Assembly (NCBI GenBank): GCA_013151035.1
Contig: JAADJB010000053.1
Coordinates: forward strand, 5,939-69,938
DNA length: 64,000 bases
Direction of reading: 5' to 3'
Source of the DNA: Gammaproteobacteria bacterium
GTDB lineage: Bacteria > Pseudomonadota > Gammaproteobacteria > JAADJB01
Shown: positions 44,854 to 54,248 of the stretch, piece by piece
Layout of the letters: the number at the start of each line of letters is the position of its first letter
Position numbering within the stretch: the first letter of the stretch is position 1
Made by a program: the position numbers and the translations under genes
The notes under the pieces: model-generated
What the model saw: the letters and a program-made list of their open reading frames with translations, nothing else
The model's database searches: none
Told to the model about the DNA's origin: nothing

Positions 44854-47800
44854 ACGGGCGATTATCTGTAAATAAATGCGCGCAGCAGGTATTGATTGCG
44901 ATACTATTGTTACTGACCATCTCGATCGCTTTTATCGGCACTAGTATAGTTCAAGCTGCTGATTTCGCTGATGCGCCAGACTCTGACCTAAATAAGTGTC
45001 GCAAGTATTATCAGCCTAGCTGTGAATATCATTACCCTACTCTGGAAGTCAATAATGGTGCTCGTCATTTGAATACCCGTGCGGCATGGCTTGGCAACTC
45101 TGTTTCAGATGAAACAGCACCCAAATCAAGTGATGACGACGATTTTCTATCGACCCAGAAGATTTACAATGCCACATGGAATGGATCACTTTATATCAAT
45201 GTGCTGATTGATCACAACAGTGATGGCGACTGGGACGATCCCGGTGAATGGGTTGTTCAGAACAATAGCTATGACATTCCTAAGGGAAAATCACAAAGCA
45301 TCGGCATCGCTGGTCCGCCGCCGGGTAAGTGGTACCGAATCACCTTAACCGGAAGACCCGTAACCGCCTATACAGGCAAAGGCATTTTTTCAATTGGGGA
45401 AACCGAAGATTACTTGATTGGCGCCCAAAAGAAAAAGGGGGGGGAGAAGGACTCACTTCCGTTTCCACCACTGGAATTTTGTGGGGATGGCATTATCAAC
45501 CTTCCCGGTGAACAGTGTGATCCGCCCGGTGGCGGTTGTCCGGCTGGTCTGGCCTGCAACATAAACTGCCTGTGTGACGGTGAAGAGGGACTACCGCCTA
45601 TACCTGGTGCTTCTCCAGGTTCATCTTCTCCAGGCCTATCTTCTCCAGGCTCGGTTTCTCCAGATTCACTATTAGCACCTCAAAAACTGAAAGGACTAGA
45701 CCGTATCACTACCGGAAGCGGTCGGTGTCGATTACCTTGGCAAGGTGGCACAACCCCATGCGATGAGTGCATAAAAGGTCATGCGGGACAGAATTATGCC
45801 AAAGTATGTTATCAGCATGAGAATGAAATTGAAAAAAACCGTTTGCATGCTGAGGAACAGACGATAAAAATAAACCTACTCTATAATGCATACAATCATG
45901 AAAAAAATCGTTTAAAAAATAAAAACAGCGATCCTCTCAAGGGGATTGAATTACGAAACATCTATAAGAAATGGGCTAAAGAGAAACCATCTTACGATAG
46001 AAAGATTAAGGCATGGAAAAAAACCAAGGAGAATTGGAAGCAAGTAAAACCTGCTGTCATTGAAGACTCATTGGAAATGGCTCTCAAAAAATGCAAGGAT
46101 GAAGGGATTTGCGGCAACAGCAGTAAACAAGTTAAAACTGAAGAGCCTCTGCAAGAAGATGAACGCTGTACATCTCTGATCAAGCCCAAGACCTTTAAAA
46201 ACAACCTTGCACTGTTAAACGAAGCCAATCGAAATAACCTGGGAGCAGGAAAAGCAAGTAAGGTCTTAATGAATGGAATGATTGCGAAGGCAATGAATCC
46301 ATATTCTATTATTCTAGATGCAAAAAAGATTGGCAGCCGGTCACTAACTGCTGAATTTGATTCACCTGGGAAAAAAATAAAAACAAGTATCACCAAAATC
46401 AATGATTGTGATTCAGTTGTTTCCACAGGAATACGAAAAAAACATTATGAGTTTACTCTCATTATTGAAAAGTATGAAATTGATAAAACAATTAGTTTCT
46501 TTAATCCAACTGAAGCAATTATTAACATAGCTGATCTTGCTTCAGCAGCTACATCTATTCCCATACAATTAACCTGGATCAGCATAAATGGAGCTATGAA
46601 TGCTATTGATAAAGAATGGGCTGCGGGTGGATTTGAAGTCCTGGATTTTGCGTTTACAGCAGGGGGAGCTTTAGTTAAGGGAAGCCGTGCTGTTGCCGAA
46701 GGTGGAAAAGCTGTTGGTCATATTGGTTTGAAAACAATTAAGAAAGGATCTAAAACGGTAGTTAAATCGACTATCAAACAAAGGTTAAAAAGTGAATTAT
46801 CTTCAAGTGCCACTGATATTTTAACGCCAAAGGGTACGGGTAATAAAGAAAATGTTAATAACAAATCAATGTATATTGATCAGGTTAAATCTGATATAAA
46901 ATCCCGGCTTGATAAAAATCCACTGATCAATACCGTAAAGGCGGAAAAGCAGAGCATTTTGGGGCGGCTTAAACGAGGATTGCTAGGGGAACACTATATT
47001 CATCTTAAAGGAACGATAGAAATCCCTGTGGCTTATTGCATAAAGCTTAAAAACACATCTACTGAGTACAGCAGCGATATTATAACCAATTGTGAGAATA
47101 TCAAAGAACCTGTTCTGGAGGATACTATAGTAACAGGTGATGACAGCCTACCAACTGAAAGCGGTTCAAAAGACGTGAATGGCTTGAATGGTTTGTTTAA
47201 TATGCAGCGTATCAACCCGTGTCCTGCTTGTAGCAAAACTTATGCAGACTTTGCTGCTATACAGGCAAAAGCAAAACCACTAAAGGAAAAGATTATTCGC
47301 CAATTTGGTAGTGTTCGAGAGTGGCGAATAATGCTGGGGACAGCGGGTAAAATATTCGGCGGTTCTGCCGGTCAATTAAGGGAAAAAGCGATCAATTTGA
47401 AGAATGAAGTGGATTCGCTCAATAAACAATCAAACAAGACGCTTCTAAGTTTAACCCTATGCATGGGGAATTTATGTACTGGTACTAACAAAACCGCTTT
47501 AGAAGACCTGCCGATTGAAAGCGATTCAAATTGCCCTGATTGTGGAATTGAACTGGTGCAGGTTATAGCGGGTAGAGGGAATAACCCCTTGAGTCCGACA
47601 GACCCTGTTTCAGCGGGAACGACTAGTACCATTGTCGATACGCCCGCTACGGGTGGCGGCGGGGTTTCTGGCGACACGATACCGCCAGTCATTTCTGCGC
47701 CTGCCTCTATTACGGTAGCGGCAACGGATATGAATGGAATATCTGTGGCCAATGCAACCATTCAGGCTTTTCTTGCTGCGGCAACGGCGACAGATAATGT

Positions 47801-48638
47801 TGCTGTGGTAGGCTCGGTGACAAACAATGCACCACTGGTTTTTCCGGTGTTACCGAATATGCCCACAGGCAACACAACGAATGTGATTTTTTCTGCCGTC
47901 GATGCAGTAGGCAATATTGGTACCTCTACCAGTAGCGTGACTGTGGTGGATCAATCAGCACCTGGCCTGACCTTGCCAACATCAATTACCGTGACGGCAT
48001 CTTCTGGTGCTACAAGTGTTCCTGCTAGTAACGCCACTATAAGCACGTTTTTAAATGCTGCGCAAGCCCTTGATGACGTAGATGGCATGATAGCTGCACC
48101 TGCAGTGTCACCTCCAGCCAATTTCTCAGTAGGCACGACGACAGTGACCTTTAAAGCTACAGACGGCGCAGGAAATGTGCAAACAGGTACCCGTACGGTT
48201 ACCGTATTAGCATCGGCAGGATTGCCAGCGATAATAGATGGACGTTGGCAAATGACATGTGATTTGGCATTTGGTTCTGCAGCGGATGCCACTACTGTCA
48301 ATACATTGATGGGCACGCCAATGCCAAGCAATCCAATGTTGGTGATCACGGGGAACAGTAGCAATTTTGTAATAACCACTTTACCTCCAGGCGATTTTGC
48401 AGCAGGACCAGCGACAGAAAATCTTGCGACGACAGAAAATGATCTGATGCTGGGTTTTGCCAGTACCATAATATCCAGCAATGGTCATACCTTTAATGTT
48501 GGCATGGGAGAAACATGGACTTTCGATTTCCCTGTAGCGGGTCAACACGGACTACAATTATCATGGCAGATATTTACTCAAGCGCCTGACCCGATTATCA
48601 GCGTGCAGTACAATTGCAGCGGAAATAAAGCACCATGA
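44850..48638 (+). CDS. large exported surface protein: GEVED domain, Myxococcus-type Cys-rich repeat, Pro/Ser linker, Lys-rich helical region, two HYR-like repeats
   Basis: ATGA overlap with the upstream gene; N-terminal signal/anchor. DFADAPDSD...GARHL...DDDDF...IDHNSDGDWDDPGEW...WYRITL...GETEDYLIG fits the GEVED domain pattern. CGDGIINLPGEQCDPPGGGCPAGLACNINC fits the Myxococcus cysteine-rich repeat. Two ~85-aa repeats (TIPPVISAPASITVAATD... and LPTSITVTASSG...GTTTVTFKATDGAGNV) fit the HYR domain. Confidence 0.6.
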   Translation: MNGRLSVNKCAQQVLIAILLLLTISIAFIGTSIVQAADFADAPDSDLNKCRKYYQPSCEYHYPTLEVNNGARHLNTRAAWLGNSVSDETAPKSSDDDDFLSTQKIYNATWNGSLYINVLIDHNSDGDWDDPGEWVVQNNSYDIPKGKSQSIGIAGPPPGKWYRITLTGRPVTAYTGKGIFSIGETEDYLIGAQKKKGGEKDSLPFPPLEFCGDGIINLPGEQCDPPGGGCPAGLACNINCLCDGEEGLPPIPGASPGSSSPGLSSPGSVSPDSLLAPQKLKGLDRITTGSGRCRLPWQGGTTPCDECIKGHAGQNYAKVCYQHENEIEKNRLHAEEQTIKINLLYNAYNHEKNRLKNKNSDPLKGIELRNIYKKWAKEKPSYDRKIKAWKKTKENWKQVKPAVIEDSLEMALKKCKDEGICGNSSKQVKTEEPLQEDERCTSLIKPKTFKNNLALLNEANRNNLGAGKASKVLMNGMIAKAMNPYSIILDAKKIGSRSLTAEFDSPGKKIKTSITKINDCDSVVSTGIRKKHYEFTLIIEKYEIDKTISFFNPTEAIINIADLASAATSIPIQLTWISINGAMNAIDKEWAAGGFEVLDFAFTAGGALVKGSRAVAEGGKAVGHIGLKTIKKGSKTVVKSTIKQRLKSELSSSATDILTPKGTGNKENVNNKSMYIDQVKSDIKSRLDKNPLINTVKAEKQSILGRLKRGLLGEHYIHLKGTIEIPVAYCIKLKNTSTEYSSDIITNCENIKEPVLEDTIVTGDDSLPTESGSKDVNGLNGLFNMQRINPCPACSKTYADFAAIQAKAKPLKEKIIRQFGSVREWRIMLGTAGKIFGGSAGQLREKAINLKNEVDSLNKQSNKTLLSLTLCMGNLCTGTNKTALEDLPIESDSNCPDCGIELVQVIAGRGNNPLSPTDPVSAGTTSTIVDTPATGGGGVSGDTIPPVISAPASITVAATDMNGISVANATIQAFLAAATATDNVAVVGSVTNNAPLVFPVLPNMPTGNTTNVIFSAVDAVGNIGTSTSSVTVVDQSAPGLTLPTSITVTASSGATSVPASNATISTFLNAAQALDDVDGMIAAPAVSPPANFSVGTTTVTFKATDGAGNVQTGTRTVTVLASAGLPAIIDGRWQMTCDLAFGSAADATTVNTLMGTPMPSNPMLVITGNSSNFVITTLPPGDFAAGPATENLATTENDLMLGFASTIISSNGHTFNVGMGETWTFDFPVAGQHGLQLSWQIFTQAPDPIISVQYNCSGNKAP

Positions 48639-49162
48639 AGATCATTTTTGTAAGATATTGCATGGTATGCCTATTGGCAATAGTGGCCGGGGCTAGTCCG
48701 GGACTTAACCTGAAGGCGAGTGAATTTCGCGCATTTAGCCTGATTCGTTCACCATCCAGTGAACGTAGCAACCTGGTTTCGCAGTCTTCAGTTGCGTTAA
48801 AAACTGATATTCAGGTTGTATCAAGCAAGATGGTGCAGGATGCTGTAAGCAAGCTGGTTGCAGCCTGGAATAGCAATGGCCTAAGTACAATAGTCACTGA
48901 TAGCTTTATTGATAAATCTCGTTTGCTGGATTCTGTTAATAGTCAGATACCCCGCGATGCACAATTACGCGTGCTTGCCATTCAAAATACACGCACCCTT
49001 AATCAACATGTAGCTGATTCACCGAGTGGCAAGCTCCTGGTGAGTTTGGTTTCTACAACTTTGCGTACACAACTTGAGTTTAATGATCCTGCTCAGGGTT
49101 TTCAACGTCGGGAAGGGACAAATGAATATATTCTGCGTATTAAGCAGCGATACACGCCCTGA
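48635..49162 (+). CDS. small secreted hypothetical protein (175 aa)
   Basis: ATGA overlap with the upstream gene; signal peptide MKIIFVRYCMVCLLAIVAGASPG; no recognisable family. Confidence 0.5.
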   Translation: MKIIFVRYCMVCLLAIVAGASPGLNLKASEFRAFSLIRSPSSERSNLVSQSSVALKTDIQVVSSKMVQDAVSKLVAAWNSNGLSTIVTDSFIDKSRLLDSVNSQIPRDAQLRVLAIQNTRTLNQHVADSPSGKLLVSLVSTTLRTQLEFNDPAQGFQRREGTNEYILRIKQRYTP

Positions 49163-49245
49163 CTACACTACCCGAATCCACCCTACAAGGATGCATTGCA
49201 CAGCCTTGCAGAATTTTCAGTCAATCGATCTTATTAAAAACGATA
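49149..49245 (+). repeat. direct repeat B, a relic ispB 3-prime end; right boundary of the islet
   Basis: Apart from one frameshift, the relic translates as IHALTTLPES / PYKDALHSLAEFSVNRSY*, against IHALTTLPESPYKDALHTLAEFSVHRSY* at the end of the real IspB. The stop codon of the convergent TonB-dependent receptor lies inside the relic. Confidence 0.75.
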
Positions 49246-51237
49246 AGCGGCGTTTATATATACATAACGCCCCGGCTCATTAATCAACATCACATCACCC
49301 GTAGCATCCGCTAACAGGGTCAAATCCTTATAGGTATTGGTTGTACTATAGGTCTTGTTCATCACATTATCGATCCCCAGAGTCAGGGCAAGATGCCTAC
49401 TCAATGTATGCTGCAATTTCAGATTTAATACAGCATAGGAATCAATCGCCTGCTCTCCATTATCGACATCGAAATACCTCCATTCATCCATAGCCACCAA
49501 CTCAATTATTGCACTACTTCTCAATGCATAATCATAATTCAAGGTAAGATTAACCTTTAACGGAGGGATCTCGGCAAGATCTGTATCTGTCTGCCCCGTC
49601 AGTGTCTGGTTCTTCTGTCCACGCTGCCAGGCAAGACCAAAATCCAGATAAACCTCGTCATTAATAAACCAGGAACCACGAACATCAAGACCATAAATGG
49701 TGGCATCAACATTTTCAAAATTATTACTGGCATTACCGGCGTTGTAATAGATGAAGTCATTCAACCAGCTATGAAACAGCCTGACCTTAAGAGTTAAATC
49801 CTGGTAGTTCTTCTCTATACCAAAATCAAGCTCGGTATTGGTTGTTTTATTCAATGTAGGTGTACCAACGGTTACATTCATCATTGAACGAAAATAGAGC
49901 TCTCTGGCATCCGGTACGCGGGAGGCCCTGCCAATACCAGAAAAATACCGCGTACTACTATCAGGCTGATATGAAGTAAAGACAAAGGCACTCAATCCAT
50001 CATAATCCCTTGATGAATGCACACCGGTTTGAGGGACAATCGAGGTATTATCATAACGCACACCAAGCTTCGTACTCAGGCTGAAGTATCTCTTCTCAAT
50101 CTCGGCAAATACGGCTCTGTTTCCGGTATTGACATCATCAATACTCTTTCTACCCGTTATACCCGCCTTGGTACCCTTTCCGATATAGGTTCCATCCCAG
50201 TTTCGCAGGCTGGTATCCAGCCCGACAACAATCCGGGTATCCTTATCAAGAACAAACTTGTTACTGATCTTTAATCCTCTCATATCACTTTCCAGAGAAT
50301 TAGCCAATTCATCAACAGAGTTAATACCTGATGCCATTCTATAAAAAGTGGACATCGGATGTTCGACCGTTGACCGATAGATCTGTATATCAAGTGAACG
50401 GGAATAAACCCCCAGGTTCCTGATTGAATAATCCAGATCCAGCATATCTGAGTTATCATAAAGTGCATCCATCTTGCTGGAGGGATAAAGCACATTATCA
50501 CTACGATTGGCGGTATAACTCAACTTCAGATCCTGATCTTCAGTCATATCCAGATATAACTTACCCATAACAACCTGCTTCTTATAGGCATCCATACCAG
50601 CATACTGTGCCTGATAGCGTGGATTCATACCCGCCATTGCGGTAGGATTGAGATGACTAATCTGATCAGAAAAATTATTACCATCGCCGTCCTCGTACTG
50701 CTCACTGGTCTCCCTGGACATTCCCAGCAAGACCCTGGCCTTGTCATTACCACCACTCACCGTCGCTGATAATTTCCGGTAATCCCAACTCCCTGCATTC
50801 AAACTCACCTCACCCTTAAAGGCCTGTGAAGGGTTTCTGGTACTAATCCTTACCGCACCACTCAAAGTACCTGAGTTTTCCACATCATAAGGACCTTCAA
50901 TAATCTCGATACCATCAATTGTATTATTCAGTACATAAGAGATCGGTGGATCCATTCGATTAGGACCAGCCCCATAGATCCTGGCACCATCAATCAGGAC
51001 ATTGATATTGTCCTTTTTCTGCCCACGCAAAATAATATCATTAGCGATCCCGCTTCTACGCACCAGTGATATACCAGGAAGGTTCCGACTCAGGGCCTCA
51101 GCCAGATCTGCCGATTTCACCTCCTCGCCACTCACATCAGCGAGTCTTGTACTCTCAACCATGATAGTTGCTTCACCCATACCGGCTGCCTGTAACTCAA
51201 TCAGCCACAATAATAATAGATAGATACCTTTTTTCAT
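49234..51237 (-). CDS. TonB-dependent outer-membrane receptor
   Basis: 667 aa. Signal peptide; plug domain with a TonB-box-like region; 22-strand barrel pattern; C-terminal ...YINAAYRF ending in aromatic-x-F. Confidence 0.85.
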   Translation of the reverse strand: MKKGIYLLLLWLIELQAAGMGEATIMVESTRLADVSGEEVKSADLAEALSRNLPGISLVRRSGIANDIILRGQKKDNINVLIDGARIYGAGPNRMDPPISYVLNNTIDGIEIIEGPYDVENSGTLSGAVRISTRNPSQAFKGEVSLNAGSWDYRKLSATVSGGNDKARVLLGMSRETSEQYEDGDGNNFSDQISHLNPTAMAGMNPRYQAQYAGMDAYKKQVVMGKLYLDMTEDQDLKLSYTANRSDNVLYPSSKMDALYDNSDMLDLDYSIRNLGVYSRSLDIQIYRSTVEHPMSTFYRMASGINSVDELANSLESDMRGLKISNKFVLDKDTRIVVGLDTSLRNWDGTYIGKGTKAGITGRKSIDDVNTGNRAVFAEIEKRYFSLSTKLGVRYDNTSIVPQTGVHSSRDYDGLSAFVFTSYQPDSSTRYFSGIGRASRVPDARELYFRSMMNVTVGTPTLNKTTNTELDFGIEKNYQDLTLKVRLFHSWLNDFIYYNAGNASNNFENVDATIYGLDVRGSWFINDEVYLDFGLAWQRGQKNQTLTGQTDTDLAEIPPLKVNLTLNYDYALRSSAIIELVAMDEWRYFDVDNGEQAIDSYAVLNLKLQHTLSRHLALTLGIDNVMNKTYSTTNTYKDLTLLADATGDVMLINEPGRYVYINAAYRF

Positions 51238-51272
51238 TCAAACATTCCCCTTTATAACAAACCAGCCTCAAT

Positions 51273-51989
51273 TCAACTCAATTCAAAAATCATGGAATAA
51301 TTAACCAATACCGGTACCTCAATACTCTCGGGAGGCCTGGGAAATGGAGATGACTGTGTAACCGCATCCCCTGCAGCAGAACGCAATACTGAGTACCGAC
51401 CATCAACCAGCAGATCCTTTATGCTGCCATCCTCCATTAACCGGAAAGACACCTTGACTACATCCTCATAACCCCGTTTCCGCGCACTATGCGGGTAATA
51501 TCTGGCTGACTCAATAATGCGTAATATCGAAGCAAGGTAGACTTCCCTCATCTCATCACGAAAATCAGTCTGACTCACATCATCAAGCTCTACCATTGAC
51601 TCCATTGCAGTCAATAGTGGTGCTGCCACTGCCCGTTCAACAACAGGCTCCGCTAACTCTTCAGGTTCAGGAATCCATGACTGTTGCTGATCCATCGGTA
51701 CAAATACCTCAACAGGTACTAATTCAACCTGCTCCTGTATAGAACCACCTATCTTTTTATGCACAGGTATTACCGGGGCAGGTATCACGGGAGCAGGTAC
51801 TGACTCCATAACACTTATTGCCTGCATTCGTGGCTGTAGCATAATATCCAGTCGTACTCCGTAATCGGGGATTGACTTCGATACAGTGGAAGAAAAATAA
51901 AAGAACACCAATAAATGAATAAGCAACGATGTAACCATTGCCAAATCCCAGGGTTTGTCTCTCACAGCTTGAAAAACATGTACATTCAT
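51273..51989 (-). CDS. TonB-family energy transducer (C-terminal TonB domain)
   Basis: N-terminal TM anchor, Pro-rich spacer (PAPVIPAPVIPV) and a C-terminal TonB-like domain (YPHSARKRGYEDVVKVSFRLMEDGSI...). No exbBD adjacent. Confidence 0.7.
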   Translation of the reverse strand: MNVHVFQAVRDKPWDLAMVTSLLIHLLVFFYFSSTVSKSIPDYGVRLDIMLQPRMQAISVMESVPAPVIPAPVIPVHKKIGGSIQEQVELVPVEVFVPMDQQQSWIPEPEELAEPVVERAVAAPLLTAMESMVELDDVSQTDFRDEMREVYLASILRIIESARYYPHSARKRGYEDVVKVSFRLMEDGSIKDLLVDGRYSVLRSAAGDAVTQSSPFPRPPESIEVPVLVNYSMIFELS

Positions 51990-52130
51990 TTAATCCATAA
52001 CCCTGTTTAAGGAAGAAAAACCATCTGATATTAAAAGGATACGGGATCATTCATGGATCGGGAATGTGACATAGTGTCGCACCCCCAATATCTACTTGCT
52101 AAATAGAAGTCTTTATGAAATATTCTATAC

Positions 52131-53405
52131 ATGTCAGCATCCGAACCAACATTGCCCTACGCCAACAAAACCAACCTCAATCGACTATTTCGTCTGCGCA
52201 ATGCCCTGATTATTACCCAGATACCTGCATTGTTATTCGTCTATTATGGCCTGGGTATCCTGATTCCAATTGATACCTGTAGTCTGATTATTGCCCTGCA
52301 GGCCCTGTTTAATGCTTATGCATGGATACGGATAAAAAACAGCAATGAAGTCAGTGATAATGAGATCTTCATCCACCTCACACTGGATGTTCTTGCCCTT
52401 TCTGCTATGCTGTATTTCACTGGTGGTGCAACCAATCCCTTTATCATTCTGTTTCTATTCCCTCTGGCCATTACAGTCACCATCCTGCCAGCAAAATACG
52501 CCTGGATACTCGCATCTATTACCATTACCTGCTACAGCTTGCTGATGTGGAAATACATCCCCTTACCAATCGACCATAGCATGCACACCCCGAAACATAA
52601 TGATGAGTATAATCTTCACATTATTGGTATGTGGCTAGCCTTTATCGCTATTGCAGGCCTTATTACACACTATGTATTTAATATGGGTAACACCCTGCGT
52701 AAGCAACAAATACTGCTGACACAGGCTAGAGAAAAATCACTACAGGATGAACAACTGATCATGCTGGGCACCCTCGCTGCCAGCACTGCCCATGAACTGG
52801 GCACACCTCTGGGAACCATGCTATTGCTGACCAATGAGATCAAGAATGAACTGAAACAGGCACCGGAACTTGTACTCAATGATCTGGATAACCTGAACCG
52901 ACAGATTGAACGTTGCAAACTTGCCCTGTCACAACTATCCACATCAACGGGTGGATCCCCCCTGCAAAATGGCAAGGCAATGAAGATTGAAGACTACTTC
53001 CATCAACTACTGAAGGAAATCCTGGAAAGCAAACCTCAGGCCAGAATAAAAACCCAATGGAACAACACAAACCCCGACGCCCTGATCCTTGCCGATCGTA
53101 GTCTAAGCCAGGCCTTGAGTAACATTATCAATAATGCGATTGAGGCCTCAACAGAGGCCGTAGAATGGCACGCCCACTGGGATCAAAAACAACTAAAAAT
53201 CACCATCAGTGACCGTGGGCCAGGCCTTAGTGAAGAGGCAATATCAACCATTGGTAACACCCCCTTTAGTGAAAAGGAACATGGGCTTGGCCTGGGTCTG
53301 TATCTCGCTCATGCGATTATCAAACGACTGAATGGAGAAGTGAGCCACCGGAACCGTAAAGATGGCGGTAATTGCACCGAGATCAAGCTACCCTTGATCT
53401 ATTAA
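52131..53405 (+). CDS. regB: membrane sensor histidine kinase, RegB/PrrB family
   Basis: Six N-terminal TM helices, H-box TAHELGTPLGTM and HATPase domain. Paired with a RegA-type regulator. Confidence 0.75.
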   Translation: MSASEPTLPYANKTNLNRLFRLRNALIITQIPALLFVYYGLGILIPIDTCSLIIALQALFNAYAWIRIKNSNEVSDNEIFIHLTLDVLALSAMLYFTGGATNPFIILFLFPLAITVTILPAKYAWILASITITCYSLLMWKYIPLPIDHSMHTPKHNDEYNLHIIGMWLAFIAIAGLITHYVFNMGNTLRKQQILLTQAREKSLQDEQLIMLGTLAASTAHELGTPLGTMLLLTNEIKNELKQAPELVLNDLDNLNRQIERCKLALSQLSTSTGGSPLQNGKAMKIEDYFHQLLKEILESKPQARIKTQWNNTNPDALILADRSLSQALSNIINNAIEASTEAVEWHAHWDQKQLKITISDRGPGLSEEAISTIGNTPFSEKEHGLGLGLYLAHAIIKRLNGEVSHRNRKDGGNCTEIKLPLIY

Positions 53406-53420
53406 ATAAAGGTAAACCTG

Positions 53421-53968
53421 TGACGACAACTGATAAACCAACCACCCGACTACTATTGCTTGATGACGATGAAGCCTTTAGCAATATCCTTACGCGCACA
53501 CTCAACCGACACGGCTATGAAGTCTCCACCGCATCCAGTATCCAGCAGGCCTGTCTACTGGCAGAGCAAAACCGGTTTCCTTATGCCATTATTGATCTAT
53601 GTATTGGTTCTGAGTCAGGCCTGACTATGGTCGAACACCTGATTAAACGAGATGTGAATATTCGCATCATCATCCTCACTGGCTATGCCAGTATCGCTAC
53701 CGCAGTCGAGGCTATCAAACTTGGGGCAATCCATTACCTGACCAAACCTGCCGATGCCGATGAAATAATCAATGCCTTCAAACAGGAAAGCGGCAATCCC
53801 GATATCAAACCTGCACAAAATCCGATGTCAGTAAAACGAGTGGAGTGGGAACACCTGCAGAGGGTACTACAACAACATAATGGCAACATCTCGGCAACAG
53901 CTCGTGCCATAGGCATGCATCGCAGAACCCTGCAACGAAAACTACAGAACCGACCCGTCAGGAAATAA
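53421..53968 (+). CDS. regA: response regulator RegA/PrrA/ActR family (receiver plus Fis-type HTH)
   Basis: Receiver domain LLLDDDEAF...IIDLCIG...; the C-terminal ISATARAIGMHRRTLQRKL is the hallmark RegA HTH. GTG at 53421 sits behind AAAGG; an alternative ATG lies at 53372. Confidence 0.8.
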
Positions 53969-54248
53969 CCATGAAATATTATTATTTCTCTCTTTTTTCA
54001 ATAACTTAAAAACAAAAACTCAAAAATGTAAGAACCGCAGCCGTGTAAGATTTATTGATGCCTGATAAAAATCAGACAACTATTTCCAAATTCCCTCATT
54101 ACACTGTAAAATACGCGGCTTCTTACACGCTGGACACCGGTACATCCAGAAATAACGATGTGCATCCACGGCTTCGCCAGATTAGAGTCAGGGTCAGGCG
54201 TGATGAATAACGAATTCAAACCATTTAGTCAATTTTTAGGAGAAAGAC

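Larger units (their letters stand above)
42511..49148 (+). mobile_element. putative genomic islet inserted at the 3-prime end of ispB (three coupled genes, no integrase seen)
   Basis: Bounded by imperfect direct repeats of the ispB 3-prime end. The central part (about 45.8-47.1 kb) is AT-rich compared with the flanks. The gene content is exported proteins with no housekeeping homologs. Confidence 0.5.

Noticed and set aside
45992-46426. 144-aa antisense ORF inside the large surface-protein gene
   Set aside because: It lies in the AT-rich, Lys-codon-rich stretch, where the opposite strand gives Phe/Leu-rich open frames by chance.
49074-49283. 69-aa ORF across the islet's right boundary
   Set aside because: It reads through the relic ispB 3-prime copy in the wrong frame and into the end of the TonB-dependent receptor gene.
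51990-52130. Fur box in the TonB / RegB divergent promoter
   Set aside because: GATATTAAAAGGATACGGGATCATTC is only a weak resemblance to GATAATGATAATCATTATC, which is not enough to call.
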